From: the human T2T-CHM13v2.0 reference genome, Homo sapiens
Length of the DNA: 64,000 bases
Assembly: GCF_009914755.1 (NCBI RefSeq)
Contig: NC_060929.1
Strand: one strand, 5' to 3'
Shown here: positions 40,425-52,978 of the stretch, piece by piece
Layout of the letters: every line of letters begins with the position of its first letter
Position numbering within the stretch: the stretch's first letter is position 1
Notes under the pieces: generated by a model
Databases searched by the model: none
What the model was told of the DNA's origin: nothing
What the model saw: only the letters and a program-made list of their open reading frames with translations
Made by a program: the position numbers and the translations under genes

Positions 40425-40865
40425 CGCATTAGCCTACTGGGGCTGCCATACCAAGTACCACAACCTAGGTGACTTTCACAACAGAAATTTATTCATTCAC
40501 AATTCTGGAGGCTAGAAGTCTAAAATCAACAGGGCCATGCTGTCTCTTTGAAGACTTAAGGGGAAGATTCTTCCCTGTCTCTTCCAGCTTCTGGTGTTGC
40601 TGGGAATTCTTGGCATTTCTTGGCTTGTTCATGGCCATCTGCTCCCTGTGTGCTCACATTGTCTTCCCTCTGTGCATCTGTGCCCACATTTCCTTTTCTT
40701 ATAAGGACTCCAGTCATACTGGATCAGGGCCCACTCTGATGACCTCATTTTGACCCAATTACCTCTTTAAAAGCCCTATTTCCAAATACAGTAACATTCT
40801 GAGGTATTGGGGATCAGGACTTCAACATATGAATCTGGGGAGGAGACACAATTTAGCCCATTACA
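40425..40865 (-). mobile_element. MLT1B/C LTR
   Basis: ttctggaggctagaagtc...tttcttataaggactccagtcatactggat. TSD gccac/gacac. Confidence 0.85.
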
Positions 40866-41509
40866 GACACAGTTTCAAACATCCTTTGCCTCATTAAGCT
40901 TTAGTGTCCAATGGTTTTATATTAAGAGCTTAATCATCCTTCAATTGTATATTCTTAAGTATTTGTGTGTTAGATTAGGTGGCTTGAACACTATCCTCCA
41001 GAAGTTATCACCTTTAGTGGACCCCAAGAGCACCCCAAATAGCTACTTCATGCACATCCAATGCAACAGTCAAGGAGGAGAAGCCTGAGGGTCATTGATG
41101 CAGACTGAGCGGAGCGAAGCCTTCTTCATGCACACTAATTATGCCATATGCAAGAAGACAGAGTCTCCCATGTGATCTGTAAACCATCCAGGGAGGTGCC
41201 CAGGGTAGAGATGCTATTCCCATCAGAAAGCTGGGAAAACCAAGGCTCAGAGCATGATTTGCCCAAGGCCACATGGGCTCCAGCCTTCACTACTCATTAG
41301 CCAAGCATTGCGATTTTTCTGCAGAACCAGCTTACCTGGTCTCTTCCGGTTAGTCAGGAAAGGCCTTATAAAGAGTGGAATCTGTGACCAAGGAGTGAGG
41401 AAAGATGATATAATACTTTGACTACATCATATCTCCCTTTGGAGAAAAAGTAGTTATATCTTTATAATTTGGTCAAAGAAATTTAGTTTAAATTGAAAGC
41501 ACAAGAACT

Positions 41510-41900
41510 TTTTTAGTGGGCTTACTTGTGTGCTAACCACTTTTCTACGGGGTTTACATATGTTAATCAATTTAATCCTCATAAGAGCCAACAGAATTGA
41601 TACCATTATTATCCACATTTTATGGAAGAGGAAATGAAGACACAGGGAGGGGCTGGTTTACTAGAAGAGAATTCATTTCTGTAGACACTTCTAGTAATGC
41701 CAGCTAATAATAGAAAGAGCAATAAAAATATCTGCCAATTATTGCATGCTTTGCATACAGTTTTCCCATTCAGTCCCCATAAAAACCCCTAAGAGGTAGT
41801 ATTTCTGTCTCCATTTCATAGATGAATAAACAAAGGCCCCGAGTTCAAGTAATATGGCCATGATCCCACAGCAAATACATGGTAGAGCTCAGATGGCTCC
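41510..41900 (-). mobile_element. Two MIR copies
   Basis: cattttatggaagaggaaatga and ccatttcatagatgaataaac. Confidence 0.65.
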
Positions 41901-42689
41901 ATACAGATTTTTGGTCCACTTTTGGACCCTTCTGTATAGCAGGTCTGACGAAAGTCACTTTTGCACATAAGTTAAGCCTCTGGGAAAAGGATGTTAGCTT
42001 CCAGCCCCACATATCCCTGGGACAAGAAGTAATGCATTCCTTTTACAGAATTGGAAAACTCCAAGGGATGGACATTGTGGCTAGGCATTCACACACTTTC
42101 TAGGTAAATGTGTATCATCATCATTTTTCTAGACTTTTAAAAATTACATAATTTAGTGTCATTCTATTCAGGTAGCAACAACCTGAAATATTAAGTTAGC
42201 ATCTACATAAATAAAATCACATGTTATAATTAACTGAAACATAAACACAACCCATTACTTGGTACATTTCAATATATTTTAGTATATTTAAGATAGAAAT
42301 AATAAATTCCATTTGCCATAGTTTCAATACATAAAGTAATAATAAATAAAACAATTTCTAACATAGAGTAGGCATTCAAAGGCTATTCCAATTAATCAAA
42401 GAGCAGAAGGGGGCATTTTTTTCTTCATTGAAAGCTCCTCCATCTGTAACGTTAGGGCTAGAATTTGGGCATTTCCTTAAAGTACTTTATTTGCTAGTCA
42501 ACAAAAATGCACTGAGTAATAGTACTAGACAAGGGATAGGTGGGAGTAGGAACAGAGAGATCTTTGTCTTATTCAATACTTTTGTTGATGACTTGCATAA
42601 TCATTTTTAGCTTGAAATAGGCTGTTTTCTCAAGGTGGGTTAAAGTGCTCTGATTTGTAATAAGGTTTTAAGATTGCATGATAGACATT

Positions 42690-43106
42690 GTCATGTATCA
42701 CTTAGTCTTCAGGAATACAGGACTTACTCTCCCAGCCACTGGGAGCGCTGCAGGCAACGCCCCAGGGTCAGCCTCCTGCAATAAGTTACACTGCTGTAAC
42801 TGATTACAGCAGCCTTGTCCAAGGTTACACCTCCTTCATCAGATAGTCCATAATCAGTGACTGATCAGCTTAAAGTTATAAAGGCCAGCCCCTTGCCCTC
42901 AATTCAGAACAACTCTGAAAAGTCATTCCAGTTTTAGAATTAGCTAAGTCCTCCATTCAGAGTATATCACAGCTAACTTCTTCCTCTACCCAATCTTATT
43001 TCCATTCTTTTCACAAATGTTGATCTCAAGGTGCATTCCCTAAGACATTTTCTGCACAGCAATTTCCATTCCAGAGTATGCTTCCTAGGCAGCCCAAATT
43101 GTGACA
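42690..43106 (+). mobile_element. LTR16A-like 5' LTR
   Basis: aatcagtgactgatc...tataaaggccagccccttgcc...cagagtatgcttcctagg...tgtgaca, directly followed by the PBS. Confidence 0.8.
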
Positions 43107-45335
43107 GTTGGTACCAGGAGTGGTTTGAGAAAGCAAACACTGAGATGGGATTTTGGAACCAAATCATCTAACAAACACACCTGGCAAAGAGGACCTCATT
43201 GCTAGCGGTAGGTCAGCAACAGAAAGCCCTGGCACTAGGTAGCAATGCAATTGTTCAAATTTTCAACCAATGATTGATACAGTGGTGGAAGGGAATTCAT
43301 TAGGTGGTGCAACATATCAGGTGTTTGAGAAGTATGAGGGAAACTATAAGGACAATGGAGCTGACTCTCAGTAAGTTCAACTGATGATCTGGAAAAAGAT
43401 AAGAAGCTCAGAGTGATTAACTGGCAATTATAAGCTAGGAGTGAAGGCCAGAGAGACTTTTCTTGGTAGCATACACAGAGGTATCATCTCCTACAACGGG
43501 AGGGCTGAGGAAGCTGAGAAGTAGACCCAAGAATTATTTGACATAGTATTTGAGTTCAAGGGAAGGTTAAACTCCCAACTATGGCAGTGGACTATTCCAA
43601 GGTTCTGGCCCTGGTTGGGAAAGAATGGGACTTGGACACATGAGACAGGGAAACCTAGATTGATTCCCCCCAAAATATTTACTTCCCAGATTTCTCTTAA
43701 CCTTCTGAGCCTGCAAAAGTGGCCCATCCCTCCCTACTAAGGGATAACATGCCAACCTTACTTGAAGAAGATGCAGAGGTCCTTCTCCCATAAGACAACA
43801 TACACCCTCCTTGCCTCAGAATCTGTGCTACTCTCCTCCTTGCTACTACACCAATAAATAGGGTTAAGTTATAATATAATTGGGCTTTCCAGCTTTACAT
43901 AGCATAGCTACTCTACCATGCTGCTTTCTCTAGATGTTTTAATTTCCCTTCCACTGTGTGCTATGACAATTTCTGGTCTTTGCACCTCATTTGGCTAGAC
44001 TATTTCCTCTACCATCCTAGCTTACACGATCTCCTGGGGCCCTCTCCAGGCTACTTAGTCCTGTATTATCGAAGAGACTTCCCAAATCAGTACAGTCTCC
44101 CCCAGTCACCTTTATATTCATCCTGGAAGAGGTGGTGGTCATCATATCTCCATTTAATACACTGATCTGCACCTTGCAGAAACCAGACAGACACAGGAGA
44201 ATATCGATAGTGGATTGTTGTAAACTCAGCCAAGGGGTAGCCCCACTTGCAGCTGCTGTGACAGTGAGAGCAGATTAACATGGCCTCAGTCTCATGGTGT
44301 GGGGCCATGAAGCTGGCAGATGCATTCTTTTCTATTTCTACCAGGAAAGAAGATTAGATGTTTTACATTCATTTGAAATGTGCAATGGTATCTGTTCATT
44401 GTTTTGCCCAAGGTCTATATGAACTCTTCTATTCTCTGTTAAAATATAGTCTGAAGAGACCTGGACATCCCACAGAAGCTCACATTGTTCTACTCTTTTG
44501 ATGACATCATGTTAATCAGATCAGATGAACACAAAGTTGCTTGTTGATTGGAGGCCTTTAAGACACATGCACCACAGAAAATGTGAGCTAAACACTTCGA
44601 AGACTCAAGAAGTGTCACATCACCAGTAAAAATTTTAGGTGCCCATTAGTCTGAGGCAAGCTGGGACATCCCCTCCCAAGTAAATGAAAAATTATTGCTT
44701 CCTGCACCTCCAACCATGAAGAAGGAAGTACAGCACCTAATAGGCCACTTCAGATTCTGGAGGCAGAATATTCCCCACCTGGGAATACTGCTTGAACCTA
44801 TACAGTGGGTGACAAACAAAGACTTCAAGGTAAAAATAAGCTCAGAGTAGGAGAGCGCTCTGTAGAAGTTCCAGAATGAAGTGTTTGAACCATATATCCA
44901 GCCCACCAAGTCATGCAATTGCGGAAGTCCAGCAGTAATCCATCATAAAATGGAAGTGTTATTATACAACAAAGATTGAGCACAGGTAGCAAGCTGTCTC
45001 GGTAGGTAGTCCAGACTCCTATTTCACCCATTACTCTTGCACCAGGACCTGTACCTCAGCTCCCACCTGTGGCCGTATGTGGGATTCTTTATGACCGGAT
45101 AATGGAGGAAGAAAAAACACTGGGCTTAGTTCACGCAGGGGTGGCCTTGAAAGAAATTGGTGAAAGGAAATCATCCCAATGAGCAATACAACTTGTCGTC
45201 CATTTTATGTAGAAGGAGAAATAGCTTGAGGTTAGATTATGCATGGATCCCTAAAGAATGGTGAATGAGTTGGCCAGCGGGCAGGGCCCTAGGAAGAAAA
45301 TCATTGGAAGACAGGAACTAGGAGATCTGAAGCAG
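43107..45335 (+). mobile_element. ERVL-class internal region (HERV16/ERV3-16A3-like): tRNA-Leu-type PBS, gag and pol (RT, RNase H) remnants
   Basis: PBS TGGTACCAGGAGTGG at 43109-43123. RT remnants include LADAFFSI and LFYSFDDIMLI (HYIDD equivalent, 44491-44505). RNase H remnant at about 45210-45320. Confidence 0.85.
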
Positions 45336-45347
45336 TTGCCAGCAGAT

Positions 45348-45917
45348 TGTGGTAGGCAGGATGATGACCCCCTTAAATGCCTATCCCCTATCCCTGGAAC
45401 ATGTGCATATGGCAAAAGAGACTTTGCTGATATGATTAAGGTTATGGACCTTCAGTTGGGTTTCTTAAGTGAGCCCAGTCTAATCACATCTGTCCTTAAA
45501 AGTGCAGAACCTTTCCAGGCTTCAGTGATAGAGATGCAACAATACAAGGAGGGTCAGGGAGATGGCAGCAGGAGAAGGATTTGGTGCCTGTTGCTAGTTC
45601 TAAGGTGTGGGGAGCTATGTGCAAGAACCAAGAGAAGCCTCTTGGACTTAAGGTCTGCCCCAGGTGACAAATTAGCAAGGACTTGGAGACATCAGTCCTA
45701 TGACAACATGGAACTGAATTCTGCTGACGCATAGATGAGCAGGGAAAGGGATTCTCCCCTAGAGCCTCCAGAATGGAATGCAGCCTGGTGACACTGATTT
45801 TAGTCCAGTGAGACCTGAACTGAACTTCTATCCATAGAACTATAACATGATATATTTGTGGTGTTCTAAGCCATACATTTGTGAAAATTTGTGATGGCAG
45901 CAATAAAAATAAATACA
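45348..45917 (+). mobile_element. MLT1E-family LTR
   Basis: tgtggtaggcagga...catcagtcctatgacaacatggaactgaattctgc...aaataca. TSD cagat/caaat. Confidence 0.85.
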
Positions 45918-46390
45918 CAAATAGACATGGGTCTGTGTTTGCCTTAGCTGATTTTGAGAAATTTGTGAATGGGATCATTCTTTTGCCTCTACCTCACATA
46001 ATAGTCCACTCAGTTAAACTCAACTCTCCTCTACTGAGCACTTACTTGGCTTTATTCAGGGCCTCTCATAAGGTAAGATTTGGTTCCTGCCCTGGAGAAA
46101 CTGACAACTTAGCAGAAGAGTTGGGTATATAGTAAGGACAACCGCAGTATGTAGCACCTGCTATCACAAAGGAGAGATTGAGATAAGAGGAAGGAAGACA
46201 GAAAAGGAGAAAGGAAAGAAGGGAGGTAGAGAGGAAAGATAAGCCAGATATAATGATACAATGTTAAAAATGATAAAGAAGAAAAATGTCATTTTTAAAC
46301 AAATGTTTAACGTTGAAAAGACAGTAGAGAAAGACTGTCCTGATAACTATTGTTGGAGAGTACAGTTTAGCCCATTTAAAAGAATTCACC

Positions 46391-46786
46391 AATATGGAAT
46401 ACATGTACAATAAAATATTATTTAGCCTTAAAAAGGAAATTCTGAAAGATGCTACAAGAAGAACGAACGTTGAAGACACTATGCTAAGTGAAATAAGCTG
46501 GTCACAAAAAGACAAATACTGTACAATTCCACTTATATGAGGTGCCTAGAGGAATCAAATTCATAGAAACAGAAAGTAGAAAGGAGCTGGGGGATGGGAG
46601 GGGGAATGAGCAGTTATCACCTAATGGGTAAGGAGCTTCAGTTTTAGAAGATGAAAGAGTTCTGGAGGTGGATGGTAGTGATGGTTATACAACAATGTGA
46701 ATGTATTTACTGCCAATGAAATATATATATAAAGTTGGTTAAAATGGTCAATTTTACTTAATGTAAATGTTACCACAATAAAAAAT
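46391..46786 (+). mobile_element. L1MB 3' end
   Basis: tatgctaagtgaaataagc...gagttctggaggtggatggtagtgatggtt...accacaataaaaaa. Confidence 0.85.
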
Positions 46787-48086
46787 ATCGTCTTTAAAAA
46801 CGTTTTTAAAAACTTGCCAAGATTCACTTAATTGAACACTCTCACTACAAGTTCAGAAAGCAGAATTCAATCCTGCTAACTTATGAAATGGGCTGTGTCT
46901 ATTAGCTTTTCATGTGGATTTAGATGAGGAATTTAACTTAAGAGAGGCACAGAGTAAAATGCATTCTCCTTCATTGGTAACCTCTGTGTTTGAACGGAAA
47001 TGGAGGCAGAAAATGCATTCAATTCTTTGGCCGCCATGCAACCATAAAGCTGAGGGCCAGCAAGCTTAACCTTTTTTTTCTTCCCCAAAGCTTGCCTTTC
47101 TCAGAGACACCACATTCCAATGTCTACTTTTTAATTTCTTCTCTGTAGATGAGTCCCTATGCAGGCAGTGTTATTATTTCATATCTCAGCTCCCAATCCT
47201 GAAGCTCGGTCTCTGGTTTCTCTGGTAGCTGTCATTTAAATTGACTGCAAAGTAAACTTTTTTCCTGTGAGAAAGAGCATATTTTAAATCCTGCTTAATT
47301 TACAGCTTCCCCTTCTGTGTTTTGAACTTTCAAATATGGGTCTATATAAAGGAATTTTTATCAGATGTCTATGCAAATCATTAAATAGAATAAACTTTGA
47401 GAATATACTTTGGTTGACCATCTTCTAAAAATAAACAAATTAAACATTATCCTCTGGAAACTTCCTTTTGCTAGTGAGGAATTCAGGTTCAGTCTGGTGT
47501 TATGCAAATTCATCATGATGTTCAGCAGACAAATGAAGATGCTTACTGGATTGCTCAGAATGGCAGCAGGTAGAGGAAAACCTAGCTAGGAAACAAGTCT
47601 TGAAAATGACCTGCCACACCACCTCCATGGATGGTCTTTTCTTAAAGACCACCATAAAACCTCTTTCTGAAAGCAGCTTTAGAGTTCAGAGCCTCCTAAG
47701 CTTAGTATCTGAAATTCAATCTATGCCTAAAACTTTTTTTTGGTAATACTTCTGAATTTCATTTTTTAATTCTTGCTAAATTGAAAATCATGCCTAAACA
47801 ATGAATCTGAGAAAATGCACTTATATTTCCAGAACAATAATAAACGGTGGATGTAGCAAATGGAATTAGATAGTAAAATCAGCATCCTTTTTCATTTACT
47901 GTTGATAATAATGACTCTGGCTCCAATTTTTATAAAATCTAAGATTTTCTCTTAGCAACACTCATGGGAAATTAACATATCCTGGGACGACTTGTAGTAG
48001 ATTGTGGTGTCTGTCCATGTTGTCTACCTAGCAACGTTTCACATCTCTCTTCTTCAGTAACACACTTGTTCCCTTGCTCCATGGGG

Positions 48087-48649
48087 ATATTATTTGTCTA
48101 CTGCTGCATAAGAAGTTACTAAAAATTTTGTAAACTAAAACATAAATGATTTATTATTGCTCCTGGGTACTGTGAGTCAGGAATTCAAACAGGGCAGAGC
48201 AGGGTGGCTTGTCTCGATTACACAATACCTGGTGCCACAGCTGGAAGACTTTGAAGGTAGAGGGATGGGGGCTGAAATCATGTGAAAGCCCATTCAACCC
48301 ACCCACCTGCTGGCTGTTGACTGGGGCACCCACACGTTGCCTCTCCAGGTGGCCTGGGCTTCCTCAGAACATGGAGGCTGGGATCTAAGATGACTATCTC
48401 AAGAGAAAGAGTGTGTGTGCCAGACATAAACTGTCTCCTTTTTGTGCCCTTCAAGAGCTTCAAGAACTACATACCATTTCCCTAGTATGGTTGGATGGGG
48501 CCATCACAGCCCCCACCCAGATTCAAGGGGAAGGAACAGAGGTCACTTCCGCTCTTAGTGGGAGATGTGTCAGTCACACAGCAGGAAGAACCTATGCAAT
48601 GGAGTAAATATGTTGGTGTGGCCATCTTTGGAAAACACCATCTGCCAAA
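48087..48649 (-). mobile_element. MLT1G/F-like LTR, probably inside an older MaLR (about 47995-48870)
   Basis: cccagattcaaggggaagg...gtggccatctttggaaaacaccatctgcca. Confidence 0.75.
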
Positions 48650-49116
48650 GTTGGGTGTGTGACCCAAGCAAAACTGATCTGAATATTTCCCTTAGAATGG
48701 TCAATAGACCCTGAGAGAAAGAAGTTCTCTATTTTCTTAGAGTTTCAAGGTGAAGGGTGTAAATGGGGGTGGCAGAAAGCAACTTCTCTACATATGGAAA
48801 GAGTCTAAATGCAGAACTGAGACCGAGTAAAAATAAGATGTGAAAAGAAATAGAGAAAGAGTTCTGCTGGTATTGCTGCTGTCCCTCCCGCATCCAGCAC
48901 AGTGATTGGCATGCAGTAAGTTGTCAATAATAGCTACTGAATGAGTAGAACAAAGTCCTAACAACTGGAACACAATCAAATGTGGATAATACTATTTAGA
49001 ATAAGAACTCGAAATAGCGATGGTCCTTATTAACCTGTGTTCCTTACGTTGTGCACGCTGTGTTTGTCTACATGTATCTGTGCTCCTCGGGTCTAATGTT
49101 ACCCATCTACCTGATT

Positions 49117-49457
<341 letters not shown>

Positions 49458-49774
49458 TAGGGATGACTCCTTGTTCTCTCCTACCCAGTTGGGTATTATT
49501 CCTGTAGCTAGAGCACAGTTAATTTTATTTATTATTGTTACAGGCCAAGGTCATTTTCCTAGAAATAACTGCCTTACTCCATTTTTCTATGAATGAGGTA
49601 TTTATTCATAGATACTGCAACTCTTCCTTGTTTTATATCCCCCAGGCTGTTTAAATTGGCTCTCGTCTTACCTTTGTGCCTCATATTTACACTTAAAAAA
49701 ATTTTTTTTCAGTGATTTTAGAGTTTTACTCTTAGAAGTGGTTCGTGTACATACCCTAGCTGCGAAAACTGGCA

Positions 49775-49941
49775 AATACATGAACTACCTACATGAGAAT
49801 CACTGCAGAACTTTTGAAACTACACAAAGCTAATGCCCTGTAGCCCCTTCCCACAGGATTAGAATACTTGGGTTTGAAGCATGGAATTTGTATTTCTAGA
49901 AAGCTCCACAGATGATGTCAACACACACCTAAGAGCCACTG
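49775..49941. mobile_element. MER5A-like MITE remnant
   Basis: gagaatcactgcagaactttt...aagctccacagatgat...agagccactg. Confidence 0.55.
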
Positions 49942-50589
49942 GGATTTACAGAGTATTTGGGATTAGAAGTAACCAGGTAGGCTCACGTTCTCCTGGCCCT
50001 CAAACCTCTAACACCGTTCTTGATGTCAAACCCTTAGGAGCGCAGTTTACAAGGATGTAGAAGAGTTCTCTTATCCCTTCCCAAACTTAGCTTTCAAGGA
50101 AAGGTGCAGATTCCACCATACATGCTCACCAAGGAAAAATGGCCTCCTTCTCTCCCCCAGGTCTGAGCTGGGGTCCTTAAGAGATGGTGCCCTAGGAAGT
50201 CTGTGTATTGCCTAATCAGTGGGGACAATGAGACCTGGGGTGAATCTGATGAACTTTCACCTTTCCTGTTCCCTCTACAGGAGGAGCCATTAGATTAGAT
50301 TCCTAATGTACCACATTCCACCAAGGAGGGTGAGAAGGCACGTCTGAAGCCTGAAACAGATGTGTATTAGAAACAGCCTTATAGCCAACTTTCCAAGGAT
50401 ATTTCTTAGGAAACTGGAAGAAAAGCCTTCAGCTGGCCAGCTCTGCTCTGACCAGGCTGGGATGGAAGGAGCTTGGAAACTCCAGAACATAAATTGGAAG
50501 AGTATTTCACTTAAACGTCATGCTTCATTTTAATTTTGTCTGGCTGAAAAAGGGCCAACTGGGAAATAGTTTTTTATTTCCCTCTGAGT

Positions 50590-50780
50590 ATAGCCAATGA
50601 AAGCATGGATTTAGAATAATTGTAAGGGGCAGTGGGCGTGTCTTCAGTTCTGCAAGAACAGTTTGCACAGCGGCAAAAGGGAGTTTTCTGTGTGCTTTCT
50701 TCCAATGCGGGTGAGGGCTTGACGTCAGCGGTGGCTCAGAGCATAAAGATCAGGTCCCACACCCTCTCCCAGCACTCACA
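50590..50780 (+). promoter_or_regulatory. Candidate promoter/enhancer: CCAAT x2, GC/KLF box, full CRE, TATA-like CATAAA
   Basis: AGCCAATGA 50592-50600, GGGCGTG 50634-50640, CCAAT 50702-50706, TGACGTCA 50720-50727, CATAAA 50742-50747, with local CpG retention. Motif evidence only. Confidence 0.45.
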
Positions 50781-52224
50781 GAGCCGCCCTGCCACCCCAC
50801 CCTGGCTGCTTCTTCCCAACATGGCCCCTTTGGGGAGGTGCCAGTGTTCTGCCTGTGAAAGAGAAAGCTGTGCAAAGGAAGGGTGGAGTGCAGCATGTGG
50901 GCCGGGATGACAGACACAGGCCATCATGTTGCAGGGCGGACTTGGAGGAGATGGAACAGACTTTGTGGTGGCTGTAACTTTGGCATAAAACCTTTGTTTC
51001 CATCTTTGCTCTGAGCTGATTTAGAAAGTTTCTCTTTCTTAAATAGGAATGTATTTTAGATGTGTAAAATCTGCTTACCATATTCTCTTTTCCTAGTTGC
51101 TCCCAACCAATTTTGAAAACCTATTTTGTTCGAATTGTGCCCATTTCTAGTCCAGTTTTCGAAAAATCCATGTCTTGAGAAGCAAAGATTATTAGGCCAG
51201 AAACATTTTCTTTCAGGTGGAGATTTTCACAGCGAGTAGATTGTGAGTCTGCCAGGATAATGTAATTCTAATTTGGCCATGGGCACCGTGACAAGGAGAC
51301 CATTCCCACAGAATCGTGTTAGCACTGTGAGCATACCTTGAGCTTCCAGTTCATCACTTTTCTGTTATGGTTCTGCTGCTAATATGAGTTGCTGGTATCT
51401 AATCTTGGCAAGTCATTCAACCTGTTAGGCACTCAATTTTTTCATTTGTAAGAGGAAGGTGATCATTTCTATTCCATCATCAAGTTGTTATAAATATAAT
51501 ATTGTGAATGTGGAGGTGCTTTGAAAAAGAAATGCTAGACATGAACTTTAAAATGTTCAGGGATAGAGGAATGGAGATTATGAGAAAAATTCCAAGGGAA
51601 GCAATGAATTCAAAAGCACCATCTGCCAGCTACATGCTCACTACAGGGAATTTCAGACTCCCCAGCCCTGCAGAGAAATGGAAGATCCAATTAGACATGT
51701 CACAGAGCAGCAATGGAAAGATGTTTGGGTGGACAGTGCTTTTTTATGACTTTTATTTAATGGTGCTCACAGACCAAGGACTATAACCCTCTGTCCCTGC
51801 CTCTGGTTCTCCCCAACTTCAATTCACTCTATTCCCTGCTGTTAGACCAGAAACAACTCTGACCATAGAAATCAAGAATGCTAGAACTGGCGGGGAACTG
51901 TGAAATCATTTTATAGATAAGCTGGTTGATTTGTGTGTGTTGCCAGCTCTCTCACTCCAGACATCAGTGACCACCCCAGATAATTATTACCCTCTATGAT
52001 CCATACGTAATTTTATCCCATTTCCTTTTACCACTCCCATGCTCCAGTCAAACTGGAATACAGCCTGTTACTTGGAAATTGTATGCTTTTTCAGGACCAA
52101 GAAAGATGGGAGGGGCAACTTAAGTAAAGGGAAGAGCATGGTTAAGAGCACAGAAGAGGATGATATAAATATATTCAAGTGAGGTCAGGGATGTGGACCG
52201 GAGGAGCTGAGCACTGAAAGATGC

Positions 52225-52978
52225 TGTCTTAGTCCATTTCACTGCCATAGCAGAATACCACAGACTCAAACAACAGAAGGTGGCTTAAACAACAGAAATT
52301 TATTTTCTCACAGTTCTGGAGGCTGGAAGTCTGAGATCAGGATACCAGCATGGTCGGTGTATTAGTCCATTCTCATTCTGCTAAGAAAGACATACCCGAG
52401 ACTGGGTAAATTATGAAGGAAAGAGGTTTAATTGACTCACAGCTCCACATGGCTGGGGAAGCCTCACAGTCATGGCAAGGGATGAAGGAAGAGCAAAGGG
52501 GCATCTTACATGGTGGCAGGCAAGAGCACTTGTGCAGGGGAACTCCCCTATATAAAACCATCAGATCTTGTGAGATTTATTCCCTATCACAAGAATAGTA
52601 TGGGAGAAACTGCCCCCGTGATTCAATTATCTCCACCTGGCCCTGCCCTTGACACATGGGGATTTTTACAACTCAGGGTGAGATTTGGGTGGGGATACAG
52701 CCAAACCATATCAGTCGGGTTCTGGTGAAGCCCTCTTCTTGGCTTGCAGATAGTTGCCTTCTTGCTGTGTCCTTATATACCGGAGACAGAGAGAGAGAGA
52801 GAGAGAAGGAAGAGGATGTCTTCTAAGGACACTAATCCCATCCTGAGGGCCCATCCTTATGACCTCATCTAACCCTAATTATCTTCCAAAGGCCCCGTCT
52901 TCAAATACCAACACTTTGAGGGTAGGAATTCAATATATGAATTTGGGGAGGGGAGACAGAAACATTCAGTCTGTAACA
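52225..52978 (-). mobile_element. MLT1A0-like LTR split by THE1
   Basis: tgtcttagtcc...acattcagtctgtaaca. TSD gatgc/gatgg. Confidence 0.88.
52358..52713 (-). mobile_element. THE1C-like solo LTR
   Basis: tgtattagtccattctca...cagccaaaccatatca. Perfect TSD GTCGG (52353-52357, 52714-52718). Confidence 0.93.
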
